The notes under the pieces: generated by a model
Told to the model about the DNA's origin: nothing
The model's database searches: none
What the model saw: only the letters and a program-made list of their open reading frames with translations
Shown here: positions 10,061 through 20,628 of the stretch, piece by piece
Layout of the letters: the number at the start of each line of letters is the position of its first letter
Numbering within the stretch: position 1 is the first letter of the stretch
Assembly (NCBI GenBank): GCA_963705305.1
Contig: OY970067.1
Location: 4,640,001 to 4,704,000, forward strand
From: an uncultured Methylomirabilota bacterium
GTDB taxonomy: Bacteria > Methylomirabilota > Methylomirabilia > Methylomirabilales > 2-02-FULL-66-22
DNA: 64,000 nt
Reading direction: 5' to 3'
Made by a program: the position numbers and the translations under genes

Positions 10061-11122
10061 TCACTTGTCCCCCGCCTGCCGCAGGGCCAATCCTACGCTC
10101 ACGGCCAGCTGCGGAGCGATGATCTCCAGATATTCCGGATCGAATTTCTTGGGATCGGCTTTGATCTTCCGGAGGGGATTCGATACCTCAAATGGCATCT
10201 CGAGGTTCTCTGACAGGTATTCCACAAGGCCGGGGAGCCTGGCGGAGCCGCCGCTCAGGATGACCCGGTGAATCGTATCGCTGTGCGATGAGGAGCGGAA
10301 GAAATCAAAGGAGCGCCGGATCTCCCCCGCAACCTCGGCATTCACCATATCGATCGCCGGCTGCGCGTCGGCAAACGTGCGGCCCTCTACCTCCCCCCCC
10401 AGCTTCAGCGTTTCGGCCTGCTCGTAGCTCAGGCCGAGCATTTTCTGAATGGACTCGGTATAGCGGTTCCCTCCCAGCGGGGAATCCCGGGTGAACTCCG
10501 ACAGCCCCCCCTGGAGAATGTTGATGTTCATCACGGCCGCGCCCAGGTTCACCAGGCCGACAACCTGCTCGCGCTCCACCTCGTACGCGAGCTCGAAGGC
10601 GTTTTCCAGGGCAAAGGCATCCACGTCCACCACCACGGCGTTGAGGCCCGCGGTCGAAATGATGGACAAGTAGTCGTTGATGATGTCCTTCTTCACGGCC
10701 ACCAAGAGCACGTCCAGATCGTTGGCATTCGGGTCCGTGCTCTCCAACACCTGGAAGTCCAAATTGACATCCTCAATGGCGTATGGAACGTACTGCTCGG
10801 CCTCCCAGGGAATGGCATCCTCCAGTTCCTGGGGCTTCATTTTGGCCACTTTGATCTTCTTCACGATCACCGAGTGACCCGAGACGGCGACGACCACATC
10901 TTTCGTCTTGATCTGATTCTCGGTGAAAATCTGCTGGATGGCCGAGATCACCGTACCGGAGTCCATGATGACCCCATCCACGATGGTCTCCGGATGGAGG
11001 GAAGAGACGCCCAGGCGCACCAGCTCGCATCCACCTCGGGTCCGTTTCAGCTGAACGGCCTTGACGGAGCTGGCACCTATGTCCAGCCCAACCGCCTCCC
11101 TCTTCCGACTCATGGTAAACAT
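10061..11122 (-). CDS. pilM: Type IV pilus assembly protein PilM
   Basis: Actin/FtsA-like fold: VGLDIGASSVK, ILSGGSARLPG, AVSVGLALR. Confidence 0.95.
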   Translation of the reverse strand: MFTMSRKREAVGLDIGASSVKAVQLKRTRGGCELVRLGVSSLHPETIVDGVIMDSGTVISAIQQIFTENQIKTKDVVVAVSGHSVIVKKIKVAKMKPQELEDAIPWEAEQYVPYAIEDVNLDFQVLESTDPNANDLDVLLVAVKKDIINDYLSIISTAGLNAVVVDVDAFALENAFELAYEVEREQVVGLVNLGAAVMNINILQGGLSEFTRDSPLGGNRYTESIQKMLGLSYEQAETLKLGGEVEGRTFADAQPAIDMVNAEVAGEIRRSFDFFRSSSHSDTIHRVILSGGSARLPGLVEYLSENLEMPFEVSNPLRKIKADPKKFDPEYLEIIAPQLAVSVGLALRQAGDK

Positions 11123-11178
11123 CTTGGAATCCTTTGCTGAGAAGAAGTTAGGCTTGTTGGCTTATTTTTATACACTGG

Positions 11179-11207
11179 CTTTTAGCCACAACATATTGAT
11201 TTGTCAA
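11179..11207 (-). promoter_or_regulatory. Putative sigma70 promoter of pilMNOPQ
   Basis: On the minus strand: TTGACA-17 nt-TAAAAG in AT-rich DNA upstream of pilM. The -10 is overlapped by the inverted repeat TGGCT-TTT-AGCCA (11176-11188). Confidence 0.5.
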
Positions 11208-12067
11208 GAACAAAATGAATTTTCCATTAGGTGTCACCGACCACCACAAGGATTTGCGATGGTACTCGACCCTTATGCTACATATGGTTGTGGCTGATCA
11301 ATGATTGATCTCGGCTCTTCGCCAGGAATCGGCGCTTCGTCAATCGGTTCTGCTGTTGAGTAGTCACATCTCGAGTTCCGTTCGAACCGCTGGTCGATTG
11401 CGTTACCGGGCCGCCTACATGTGATCGGCGCGCCTCGGTCCGGTATCGGGATTGAGTTGGCACACAAAGCGGGCAAGGAAGACGCACCCGATGTCGATAA
11501 GAGCAATACCCATGCCAACATACGAAGGACGCCTCTTTCTCAGTTGAAAACGCTCAGAGAGCGGCTGTTGAATAGAACAGCTTGCAGATCCCGCCATCCC
11601 GCGAGGGGGCGACTTCCGGCACTTCAGGCGCCTGCAGAGGCCGTGTCCCCTTTCTCCTTCGGCCGCCTTTTCGCTCTTTGCCGCTCATACGGGCCCCATG
11701 GAAAGATAGAGAAGCTGATTGGTCGATGCTGCGTCCAGGGCGCCTCGGGCCCCCGCCTCTTTCTTGGTTTCAATTAGCGAGATGTCCAAAGAGATCCTTA
11801 TCTACTCGAAATCATACGGTGGAAACAGGAGGGCTGGATTGATTAGCGGAAAATTGATCGGCAGGAGAGATATGTTCCCAACGGTCCTTCATGGCCGCCT
11901 GCGAGAGACCACACCAGGCTATCCGTCACTCCGAGAGAGGCTGTCAGTGTGTCAGAATTTGACGAGTGATGGCTGACGTATCGCCAGACATCAAACGAGG
12001 CACGGTGCCGGAATCCGAGCGGATCAATTCTGGCCTCCTCGACCCGATCACCCAAAGGCAGCTCATC

Positions 12068-13351
12068 TTAGGGAACGACTTCGTGCCAGCTTCCTCGCAC
12101 GATGTTGTATCTGGCGAAGGTGCACACGTGCTGCCGGAACATGGCCTCGTCGAAGTGGAACTGGGAGCCATCCTCCGCGTAGAGAGTGCGCCCCACCACC
12201 GATCCGTAGATCTGGGCCTTCTCCCCCAGCCAGATGTCCGTGTTCTTGCCGTACAGACTGCCAAAGAGGAGAAGGTTGTTCCCAGCAACGAATCTTGCGC
12301 TCGAACTCGTCCAATCTCCGGCGCTCATCGTCACGATCCGCAATTGTGTTCCGGGGTGTCCTCCCACCGTCACGCGATCCCCGATGGTTGTATTCCCCTT
12401 CACGTAGATCGTCACGGGACCCTCGCCGACCGCCAAGGTCGACTCCTTTTCGAAATTCAACGTGTTCACATAGACTGTCACCGGCCCGCTGTCGATCTTC
12501 AGAACGCCGTCTTCCCCCACCGACAGGGTATCGAAGGAGTAGGTGCCCGCGCTCAGGGTATATGACTTGTCCTCGGGCACGCTAAGATCTCCCGTGTGCG
12601 CGGGCGGGCTCGGAATCACATCCGGAAACTGCTCGCCGATGTCATCCGGACCTTCGGCGACGTCGGAGGCTTGGCTCCCTGTGATGCGAGCGCCCACCCC
12701 CTTGAGGATATCGTCGCCGGCCTGGACGTTACCCTTGACGCTGGCATTCCAGCCAAGCTTCACATCGCCGTTCCCGCCGAGTCCGCCGTTCTCGCCGCTC
12801 TTTGACGCGCCGGGGTACGCTTCCACGCTGGAGTCGAAGCTGTCCGTCCCGCTGCCGGCATCGAGCCAGAGCTCGCTGTCGGTCCGGTCGCGGTCGAAGA
12901 CCTTCCTGTGACCTGAAACGATTTGGTTTGGAATGGTGGCGAAGGCCGCCCACCGGAACGGATAGGAGAGCTGATCCAGCCGCACCCGAACCTGGGCCTG
13001 GGTCTGGCCTCCCCGGACCAGCAACGTGCCCGTGGAGACGACATTGCGCGCACTCGTCGAGCCGCAGCCAGCGGAGGCGTCAGCCGTCACTTGGTAGCTG
13101 CCGCCCCCCAAGGCAGCCGTGAGTGTGCCGCTGTATGTTGGATTGCTGTTCAGCACGGCGATGGCCCGATGGATTCCGGCATTCGCCAGGTAAAACGCCT
13201 GCGTGCCAGCCCGCTCGTTGAGAGCGATCTGGCCCTCCGTCGAGGAGATGGTGAGAAACGTCGTGCCAGCCAAGAGCAGGGCCGCCATGACCAGCATGAC
13301 GATGACAAGCGCGGCCCCCCGAGGGGGGCTACTGGTTCCGGAGACACACAT
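12068..13351 (-). CDS. PilX-like minor pilin with a large C-terminal beta-rich domain
   Basis: Prepilin-like RGAALVIVMLVM without Glu5 (typical of PilX) and QAFYLANAGI. Start at 13351 is inferred; it overlaps the upstream pilin stop. Confidence 0.75.
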   Translation of the reverse strand: MCVSGTSSPPRGAALVIVMLVMAALLLAGTTFLTISSTEGQIALNERAGTQAFYLANAGIHRAIAVLNSNPTYSGTLTAALGGGSYQVTADASAGCGSTSARNVVSTGTLLVRGGQTQAQVRVRLDQLSYPFRWAAFATIPNQIVSGHRKVFDRDRTDSELWLDAGSGTDSFDSSVEAYPGASKSGENGGLGGNGDVKLGWNASVKGNVQAGDDILKGVGARITGSQASDVAEGPDDIGEQFPDVIPSPPAHTGDLSVPEDKSYTLSAGTYSFDTLSVGEDGVLKIDSGPVTVYVNTLNFEKESTLAVGEGPVTIYVKGNTTIGDRVTVGGHPGTQLRIVTMSAGDWTSSSARFVAGNNLLLFGSLYGKNTDIWLGEKAQIYGSVVGRTLYAEDGSQFHFDEAMFRQHVCTFARYNIVRGSWHEVVP

Positions 13352-14045
13352 CGGCAGTGAGGGTGTAGAATTCCGGGGCCAGGCCGGGCCGGGCATCCCG
13401 GGTCCTGAGGGTGATCGCGATCCGACGAACCTGGCGCAACTCCCAGGATGTCAATTGGGCGATGGCCCGCGGCAAGTGCTCCCGGGCCGGCGGACACGCA
13501 TTGGTCGACAGGGTGACCGGCGTGAGGATGTTGTTCGAGACGTCGTAGTAGGTGAAGGTCAACAGATCCACGGACTCGGCCAGAGGCTGGGCCCCGGCAC
13601 CGGCGGCAAAGGCCTTGTCGGTCGGGTTCCAATTCTCCTGCTTCCTGCGGAGCGTCGTCTGGCTGAGATCGTACGTGATCTGGACGCTCTTCTCGACGGC
13701 CGGATTCGCGTGGCGGTCGCTGTCGTAGGCGATGAAGGATAGGCAATCGACCATCGCGGACCGCAGGGCGCCCCGTGGATGGATGGCCACGTGCGACAGG
13801 GCATCCTCCGGATCGTAGCCGGCCATGCGGATTTCCCGCACCATCCGCCCCAGGCCGATGCGCGCATTCTGCTGCAGATCGGCCTTCAGCTCTCCCCGAA
13901 TCATGGTGCTGTGCATGGTCGTATAGAGCCCATAGACCCCGGTGATCACGAGGGAGAAGAGGGCGGCGCTGATGAGCGTCTCCAGCAGGGAGAAGCCCCG
14001 CGCCGTTTGCCGGCAGATCCACCCGTCAGTCCGTCCGGGCCACAT
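13329..14045 (-). CDS. PilW-like minor pilin
   Basis: Class III signal RGFSLLETLI; QQNARIGLGRMVREIRMAGY. Confidence 0.8.
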   Translation of the reverse strand: MWPGRTDGWICRQTARGFSLLETLISAALFSLVITGVYGLYTTMHSTMIRGELKADLQQNARIGLGRMVREIRMAGYDPEDALSHVAIHPRGALRSAMVDCLSFIAYDSDRHANPAVEKSVQITYDLSQTTLRRKQENWNPTDKAFAAGAGAQPLAESVDLLTFTYYDVSNNILTPVTLSTNACPPAREHLPRAIAQLTSWELRQVRRIAITLRTRDARPGLAPEFYTLTADVCLRNQ

Positions 14046-14556
14046 GCGTCACCAGGCTCACTGAGCGCGAGCTCGATCGGTCCCACCTGACCGTCACCGT
14101 CAACCGCCGGAGATCTGTCGGGCAGGGCGTCGCCGTATTCGTCGTGCCGTCGGCATTGACGCATACGACGGCGATGCTGCCGCTTCCGTTCGGCAGGCCT
14201 TGCCCGGGGCTCTGGGCCGCAGTCCCCGATAGATCGCACGCCCATTTCATCTTGGCGTAATCCGGATGGGACGGATCCACCGTCACGGGACAGCCATTGC
14301 CCGGGGCAATCGCGGTCGTCGTGAAGCTGTCGTACCGAGAGATCAGCGTGTCAAACGGCTCGGTCCGGATCACATCGAGCATCGCCTGGGCTAAAGCGGT
14401 TGCCTTCGTCGTGTGTCCACCGCTGACAATGGATCGGAGGGCGGAGGGGAACATCCCGGCCACCCCCAAGAGCGCAAATGCCAGGATCGTGACCGCGAAG
14501 AGCAGCTCGACCAGCGTAAGGCCGGCGGCCAGAGGCCGAGACGCGGGAGGTGCCAT
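14026..14556 (-). CDS. PilV-like minor pilin
   Basis: Class III signal AGLTLVELLFAV, C-terminal LRRLTVTVRW. ATG overlaps the fimT-like stop (TGATG). Confidence 0.78.
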   Translation of the reverse strand: MAPPASRPLAAGLTLVELLFAVTILAFALLGVAGMFPSALRSIVSGGHTTKATALAQAMLDVIRTEPFDTLISRYDSFTTTAIAPGNGCPVTVDPSHPDYAKMKWACDLSGTAAQSPGQGLPNGSGSIAVVCVNADGTTNTATPCPTDLRRLTVTVRWDRSSSRSVSLVTHVARTD

Positions 14557-15065
14557 CAGCACGAGCCCTCGCAAATCCGAACTCGACCGGTGGAGGCCAC
14601 CACAACCTTGTATTGGCCGAGTAGGTTCCTGAGAGTAAACGTACACATCGGGCTTCCCGTACCGTCGGCCTGGAAAACCGGAGTGTTGTTGGCCGTCAGG
14701 GTGACATTCTCCGGAAGCTGGGTCGCCGCCCCGGTCAGGCTCACCCAGCGAGGGGACGAGATCGTCCCCTCGTCCCGCTCGACACTGTAGGTCCCGGCCG
14801 GAACGGGGATTGCACACCGCGTCACGCACACCCGGAATCGCTTCCGGGTGCCGACTGCCTGTTGGCGTGCCAGCCGCAGGTCCCCCGCCAGCTGCCAGGC
14901 GGCGCCGCGGACGCGGGAGCGCAGGACCACCGGGCTCATGCCCGGGATCGCAATGGCCGCCAAAATCATGACCGTCACGAGCAGGGTGATCAGCTCGACC
15001 ACGGTGACACCGCGGCACCGGCTCGTGTACGGCACCCGCTTCTGCACAGATCTCGCTCTGCTCAT
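14556..15065 (-). CDS. FimT/GspH-like minor pilin
   Basis: Class III signal RGVTVVELI, AWQLAGDLRLARQQAV, C-terminal STGRVRI. Confidence 0.8.
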   Translation of the reverse strand: MSRARSVQKRVPYTSRCRGVTVVELITLLVTVMILAAIAIPGMSPVVLRSRVRGAAWQLAGDLRLARQQAVGTRKRFRVCVTRCAIPVPAGTYSVERDEGTISSPRWVSLTGAATQLPENVTLTANNTPVFQADGTGSPMCTFTLRNLLGQYKVVVASTGRVRICEGSC

Positions 15066-15397
15066 GCGCCCGGAATGGATTCACGCGAGGACAGGATCGG
15101 TGTCCCGATGGAACGAGAACACCAGGAAGCGCACCGTGGGGAATGTCGGCGACAGCGGCGTCCGCCCCGGCCAGCCTGCAGTGTTGACCGCATGCTGGCC
15201 AGCCGGGGGTACGGTCGCAACCGGCCGGCGCATCGAAATCGGGGAGGCCTGCAACTCGAAGACTGTCTGCGTCAGGAGCGGCAGTCCCCGATGCGATCCA
15301 GGGAAGCGTGCGTCAGTCGCACATGATCGATGCGAAGCTGCCTCGAGACGTTTCAGATGGCTCACCCCGGTCCCCGGGGTGAGCCATCACCGCACGG

Positions 15398-16198
15398 CTA
15401 CTGGAGGGCTGACCGCAGCTCGGAAACGAATCGCCCCACCTCGGCCGCAAGGTGGGGAGAAGCCCCCGACGCCTCGATCCGGGCCACAACGGCGGAACCG
15501 ACGATCACCGCGTCAGCCAATGCGGCCACTGCCGCGGCCTGGTCCGGCCGGGAGATCCCGAAGCCGACGGCCACCGGCAGCGCCGATGCCGCCCGGACCC
15601 GGGCGATTCCCGCCGCCAAGTCTTCCGGCAGGCTGTCCCGGACCCCGGTCACTCCGCGGAGGGAAACATAGTATATATACCCGCGGCTCCAGGTTTTGAT
15701 CAAGGAGATTCGCCGCTCGGGACTGGTCGGGGCCACCAGCAGGACCGGATCGATCCCGGCCCGGTCCAGGGCAGGGAGGAAATCTCCCATCTCTTCGGGA
15801 GGGCAGTCGGACAGGATCAAGCCGTCCAACCCCGCGTCGCGCGCTGCCTGCGGAAAGCGGTCCAGACCGAATCGATGGATGGGGTTCAGGTAGCTCATGA
15901 GGACCAGGGGCACCTCGGAACGCCGGCGGATGGCTGCCACGCATTCGAGGATGCGAGGCAGCGTCGTCCCGGCCGAGAGGGCTCGCTGATACGCCCGCTG
16001 GTTCACCACGCCGTCCGCCAGCGGATCGGAGAAGGGGACACCGATTTCCACCACGTCCGCCCCTCGCGCCGCGAATTCCTGCACCAGGGCGGCCGTGACC
16101 TCCAGCGAGGGGTCGCCCGCGGCCAGAAACGGAATCAGTCCCTTTCGCCCTTGGGCCCGCAGGGCGGCGAAGGCACGGTCGATCCGGTTCTGACTCAC
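15398..16198 (-). CDS. trpA: Tryptophan synthase alpha chain
   Basis: [32 protein letters not shown] start overlaps the trpB stop (GTGA). Confidence 0.96.
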   Translation of the reverse strand: MSQNRIDRAFAALRAQGRKGLIPFLAAGDPSLEVTAALVQEFAARGADVVEIGVPFSDPLADGVVNQRAYQRALSAGTTLPRILECVAAIRRRSEVPLVLMSYLNPIHRFGLDRFPQAARDAGLDGLILSDCPPEEMGDFLPALDRAGIDPVLLVAPTSPERRISLIKTWSRGYIYYVSLRGVTGVRDSLPEDLAAGIARVRAASALPVAVGFGISRPDQAAAVAALADAVIVGSAVVARIEASGASPHLAAEVGRFVSELRSALQ

Positions 16199-17436
16199 GC
16201 GCCACCTCCCGGGCCCAGACCCAGGGCCTCCGCCGCCACCTCCACATCCTTGTCGCCCCGGCCGGAGAGGTTCAAAATCACCAGGCGGTCCTCCCCCAGC
16301 GCCGACGCCATCTGCCGGAGGTAGGCGACGGCATGGGCCGACTCCAGTGCCGGGATGATCCCCTCCGTCTCGCACAGCAGCCGGAATCCGTCCAGCGCCT
16401 CGGCATCCGTAACGGCGGCATACTCGATACGCCCTCGGTCGTGGTAGAAGGCGTGCTCCGGACCGACCCCCGAATAGTCCAGACCGGCGGAGATGGAATG
16501 GGTTACGCGAATCTGCCCGTCCGCGTCCTGGAGCACGTAGCTGCGGGTGCCGTGCAGGACGCCCACGGTCCGCTCGGCGAATCGCGCCGCGTGCCGTCCG
16601 GAGGCGATTCCCAGCCCCCCGGCCTCCACGCCGATCATCCGAACGTCCGCGTCGTCCAAGAACGCATGGAACAGGCCCAAGGAGTTGCTGCCGCCGCCCA
16701 CGCAGGCGACCAGGCAGTCCGGCATCCGGCCTTCCGCCTCGAGGATCTGGCGGCGGGCCTCCTGGCCGATGACGGCCTGGAAGTCCCGAACCATGCGGGG
16801 GTACGGGTCCGCTCCCAACACCGAACCCAGGACGTAATGGGTGGTGTCCACGTGGGTGACCCAGTCCCGCATGGCCTCGTTGATGGCATCCTTGAGGGTC
16901 CGGCTGCCCGAGTCCACCGGGCTCACCTTGGCGCCCAGTAGGCGCATGCGCACCACGTTGAGGGCCTGGCGCCGCATGTCCTCGGTGCCCATGTAGACCT
17001 CGCACGCGAGCCCGCAGAGGGCGGCCACCGTAGCGGTGGCGACCCCATGCTGCCCCGCCCCGGTCTCGGCGATGACCCGCCGCTTGCCCATGCGGCGAGC
17101 CAACAAGATCTGCCCGACGGTGTTGTTGATCTTATGCGCCCCCGTATGGCAGAGGTCTTCCCGCTTGAGGTAGATGCGCGGGCCCCCCAGCCGCTGGCTG
17201 AGCCGGCGCGCATGGTACAGCGGGGTGGGACGCCCGACATACTGGCGCAGCGTCTCGGCCACCTCTTCCCGGAACGCCGGATCCTGCCTAGCCGCGTCAT
17301 ACTGCTCAGCCAGCTCCTCCAGGGCCGCCATGAGCGTCTCGGGAACGTACCGGCCTCCGAAGGGCCCGAAGTGCCCCAGGCCATCCGGCACCTGGCACAG
17401 ACACTGCTCACCGGTGTGCGTCTGCGGACCGGACAT
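16195..17436 (-). CDS. trpB: Tryptophan synthase beta chain
   Basis: [16 protein letters not shown] (PLP lysine), [17 protein letters not shown]. Start taken at ATG 17436. Confidence 0.97.
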   Translation of the reverse strand: MSGPQTHTGEQCLCQVPDGLGHFGPFGGRYVPETLMAALEELAEQYDAARQDPAFREEVAETLRQYVGRPTPLYHARRLSQRLGGPRIYLKREDLCHTGAHKINNTVGQILLARRMGKRRVIAETGAGQHGVATATVAALCGLACEVYMGTEDMRRQALNVVRMRLLGAKVSPVDSGSRTLKDAINEAMRDWVTHVDTTHYVLGSVLGADPYPRMVRDFQAVIGQEARRQILEAEGRMPDCLVACVGGGSNSLGLFHAFLDDADVRMIGVEAGGLGIASGRHAARFAERTVGVLHGTRSYVLQDADGQIRVTHSISAGLDYSGVGPEHAFYHDRGRIEYAAVTDAEALDGFRLLCETEGIIPALESAHAVAYLRQMASALGEDRLVILNLSGRGDKDVEVAAEALGLGPGGGA

Positions 17437-18031
17437 TGGCAATGAACTCCCTCACTTTCTGGTGATCCTTGCGCCCCGGGCTGTGCTCCACCCCGCTGCT
17501 GACATCCACCCCGTAGGGACAGACCAGGCGCACCGCCTCGCCCACGGTTTCGGGAGTCAGCCCGCCGGCAAGAATGATGGGGGTCGGCCCCTTGGCTTGC
17601 CGGGCCAGCTCCCATGAGATCGTCACTCCCGTCCCCCCCCAGCGTCCTTCCACGAACGCATCCAGCAGGAAGGCGTCGGCCGGGTAGGATCGCAGCGGCG
17701 CCAGGCTCTCCTCGCCGCGCACCCGGAGGGCCCTGATGACCTTCAGGGGCAGCGCCCGGCTAAAGGCCTCGGGCTCATCCCCGTGAAGCTGCACCGCCTG
17801 GAGGCGACACTGTCCGGAGATCGCCAGCACCTCCTCCAGCGGCTGGTTCGCGAATACACCCACCGCGGCTACGAAAGGGGGAAGACGACGCGTGATCTCG
17901 GCCGCCAGGGCGGCCGGAACCTGCCGCGGCGTGCCGGGGACGAACACGAATCCCAGCGCGTCGGCGCCGGCCGCGACGGCGGCCGCCGCATCCTGCTCCG
18001 AGGTGATCCCGCAGATCTTGACCCGCGTCAT
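17408..18031 (-). CDS. trpF: Phosphoribosylanthranilate isomerase
   Basis: [34 protein letters not shown]. Confidence 0.95.
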   Translation of the reverse strand: MTRVKICGITSEQDAAAAVAAGADALGFVFVPGTPRQVPAALAAEITRRLPPFVAAVGVFANQPLEEVLAISGQCRLQAVQLHGDEPEAFSRALPLKVIRALRVRGEESLAPLRSYPADAFLLDAFVEGRWGGTGVTISWELARQAKGPTPIILAGGLTPETVGEAVRLVCPYGVDVSSGVEHSPGRKDHQKVREFIANVRSADAHR

Positions 18032-18834
18032 GCCGTTCCCATCAACAGCCGGAGGGCCTGGCCCACGTCCCAGTGGCGGAGCAGCCCCTCCCCCACCAGC
18101 ACGGCGTCCACGCCGGCGGCGGCCAACCGCGCCGCGTCGCCCGGCTCCGCGATCCCGCTCTCGCTGACGCAGATCACGTCCGGGGGGAGCGACGGCAGCA
18201 GCCCGAATGTGGTCTCCAGCGAGACCGTGAAGGTCGTGAGGTCCCGATTGTTGATGCCAATCAGTCCTGCCCTGCTGTGCAGCGCCGTCTCCACCTCTTC
18301 CCCGGTGTGCACCTCCACCAGGGCCGCCAGACCCAGCTCGCCGGCCAGGCCGAGGAGATCCGAAAGCAGCCCGGGCGACAGCGCGGCCACGATCAAGAGG
18401 ACGGCATCCGCGCCCGCCTCCCGGGCCTCCCAAACCTGGTAGGCGTCCAAGTGAAAATCCTTGCGGAGGATCGGCAGCGGCACGGCGCTGCGGACCGCGG
18501 TCAGATGCGCCAGGCTCCCCTGGAAGAACGGCGCGTCGGTCAGGACCGAGATCGCGTGGGCGCCGGCCTCCGCGTAGCGCTGCGCCAGGGCCGGGGGCGA
18601 GAAGTCGGCCCGGATCACCCCCTTGGAGGGCGAGGCCTTTTTGATCTCGGCGATGATCCGCATCGGCCCCGCGCGCCGCCCCTCCCTGCCTGCCGGTCGC
18701 CGCACCCCTCCCAGGAAATCGCGGGGCGGTCGCCGATCGCGACAGCGCGCGCGGAGCTCGGCCAGGGGGAGGCGGGCGCGCCGGTCTGCCATATCCGCCC
18801 GGGTCCGCCACAGGATCTCCTCCAGGATGCTCAT
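18028..18834 (-). CDS. trpC: Indole-3-glycerol phosphate synthase
   Basis: IAEIKKASPSKG, LRKDF, GINNRDL, SESGI. Confidence 0.96.
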   Translation of the reverse strand: MSILEEILWRTRADMADRRARLPLAELRARCRDRRPPRDFLGGVRRPAGREGRRAGPMRIIAEIKKASPSKGVIRADFSPPALAQRYAEAGAHAISVLTDAPFFQGSLAHLTAVRSAVPLPILRKDFHLDAYQVWEAREAGADAVLLIVAALSPGLLSDLLGLAGELGLAALVEVHTGEEVETALHSRAGLIGINNRDLTTFTVSLETTFGLLPSLPPDVICVSESGIAEPGDAARLAAAGVDAVLVGEGLLRHWDVGQALRLLMGTA

Positions 18835-18855
18835 CGTCCCTCTGGGCGCTCGCGC

Positions 18856-19899
18856 TTATCCCTGGCAGAACTCGACCAGCCGCGCCAGCTTCTCTCGCGC
18901 CGCCCCCCCGTCGATGGACTGTCCTGCCAGCACGATTCCCTCGGCGATGTCCTTGGCCCGGCCGCCGGCCGCGATGGCCGCCCCGGCGTTCAGGAGCACG
19001 ATGTCCCGCTTGGCGCCCCGCTCCCCGTCCAGGATTTTTCGAATGATCTCCGCATTGTCGGCGGCACTCCCGCCTCGCAGATCGGCCAGGCTCGCCCGCG
19101 GCAGGCCGAAGTCCTCGGGGCGGACGGTGTACGCATGGATGCGGCTTTCCCGGACCTCCGCCACGCGGCTCGGTCCGGTCGTCGAGAGCTCGTCCAGTCC
19201 ATCCTCGCCGTGGACCACGAAGGCGCGCACCGTCCCCAGCTCCTTGAGGACGAGGGCCATGGACTCGGTGAGCCGGCCGTCGTACACGCCGATCACCTGC
19301 GCCGACGCCTTGGCGGGATTGGTCAGGGGCCCCAGGATGTTGAACACCGTGCGGATGCGGATTTCCCGTCGGGCCAGCATGACGAACTTCATGGCTTTGT
19401 GCAGGAGGGGGGCAAAACAGAATCCGATCCCGACCTCGTCGATGCACCGGCCCACCTGCTCGGGCGGCAGGTCCAAGCGCACCCCCAGCGCCTCCACTAC
19501 GTCCGCGCTGCCGCACAGGCTGCTGACCGAGCGGTTGCCGTGCTTGGCCACGGGGATGCCGGCCCCGGCCACGACGAACGCCGTGGCTGTGGAGACGTTG
19601 AAGGTCCCCGTGGCGTCACCCCCGGTGCCGCAGGTGTCCACCAGCATTTCCCGGCCCGTATCGGAGAGGGATGTCTGGACGCGGCCGCGGGTCCTCACGG
19701 CGGAAACCTTCTCCCGCATCACCCGCGCGAAGCCGATCAGCTCCTCCACCGTCTCGCCCTTCATTCGGAGCGCGGTCAGGAACGCGGCGATCTGCGCGTC
19801 GGTGGCCTGCCCGGACATGATGGCATCCATCACGCTGAAAGCCTCATCCCGGGTCAGGTCCTGGCGGTCCACCACCTTGTGAATTGCCTCGACGATCAT
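18856..19899 (-). CDS. trpD: Anthranilate phosphoribosyltransferase
   Basis: [26 protein letters not shown]. Confidence 0.96.
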   Translation of the reverse strand: MIVEAIHKVVDRQDLTRDEAFSVMDAIMSGQATDAQIAAFLTALRMKGETVEELIGFARVMREKVSAVRTRGRVQTSLSDTGREMLVDTCGTGGDATGTFNVSTATAFVVAGAGIPVAKHGNRSVSSLCGSADVVEALGVRLDLPPEQVGRCIDEVGIGFCFAPLLHKAMKFVMLARREIRIRTVFNILGPLTNPAKASAQVIGVYDGRLTESMALVLKELGTVRAFVVHGEDGLDELSTTGPSRVAEVRESRIHAYTVRPEDFGLPRASLADLRGGSAADNAEIIRKILDGERGAKRDIVLLNAGAAIAAGGRAKDIAEGIVLAGQSIDGGAAREKLARLVEFCQG

Positions 19900-20486
19900 G
19901 GGGTCCCCTCCCCTTCCGGCATGGGTCGGCTCAGGAAGTTTCGCAGCAGCGTCTTCCCCACCTGCGTGAGGATCGATTCGGGATGGAACTGCACCCCCTC
20001 GACCGGGTACCGCCTGTGCCGCACGCCCATGATCTCCCCCTCGGCTGTCTCCGCCGAGATCTCCAGGCACTCGGGCAGGCTCTCCCGCTCGATCAGCAGC
20101 GAGTGATAGCGCGTCGCCTCGAAGGGATTCGGCAGGCCGGCGAAGAGGCTCTGCCCATCGTGCCGGATGGGGGAGGTTTTCCCGTGCATCAGGCGGGCGG
20201 CGCGGACGATCCGGCCGCCGTAGGCGGCCCCGATACACTGGTGTCCCAGGCAGACACCCAAAAGCGGGATGTTGGCACCGAAGGCTTGGATCAGGTCGCA
20301 GCAGACCCCGGCCTCGTTGGGGGTGCAGGGGCCGGGGGACAGGACAATCCGCTCGGGTCGCAGGGCCCGGACGTCCTCCACGGTGAGCCGGTCGTTCCGA
20401 TGAACCTCGACGACCGCCCCCAGCTCCCGCAGATACTGAACCAGGTTGTACGTGAACGAATCGTAGTTGTCGATCATCAGGATCAT
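19896..20486 (-). CDS. trpG: Anthranilate synthase component II (glutamine amidotransferase)
   Basis: [29 protein letters not shown]. Confidence 0.95.
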   Translation of the reverse strand: MILMIDNYDSFTYNLVQYLRELGAVVEVHRNDRLTVEDVRALRPERIVLSPGPCTPNEAGVCCDLIQAFGANIPLLGVCLGHQCIGAAYGGRIVRAARLMHGKTSPIRHDGQSLFAGLPNPFEATRYHSLLIERESLPECLEISAETAEGEIMGVRHRRYPVEGVQFHPESILTQVGKTLLRNFLSRPMPEGEGTP

Positions 20487-20549
20487 GGCTGTAACCCGTC
20501 CGCCGCTTCGGGAGTCCCTGGCCGCCCCGCGCACGGTCGTTGAATCTTT

Positions 20550-20621
20550 CGCCCTTTGCCTCCCGCCCTCCGCTCCGTTCGCCAATCGCTGACCGCTGAC
20601 GGCTGATTGCTGACCGCTGCT
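20550..20621. repeat. Degenerate 7-bp tandem repeats between trpE and trpG
   Basis: cgccctt-tgcctcc-cgccctc-cgctccg (20550-20577) and cgctgac-cgctgac-ggctgat-tgctgac-cgctgct (20587-20621). Confidence 0.7.
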
Positions 20622-20628
20622 CTCTCCC

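Noticed and set aside
11781..11976. ORF beginning MSKEILIYSKSY, which resembles a glutaredoxin start
   Set aside because: It has no CxxC/UxxC motif, no SD and no further similarity.
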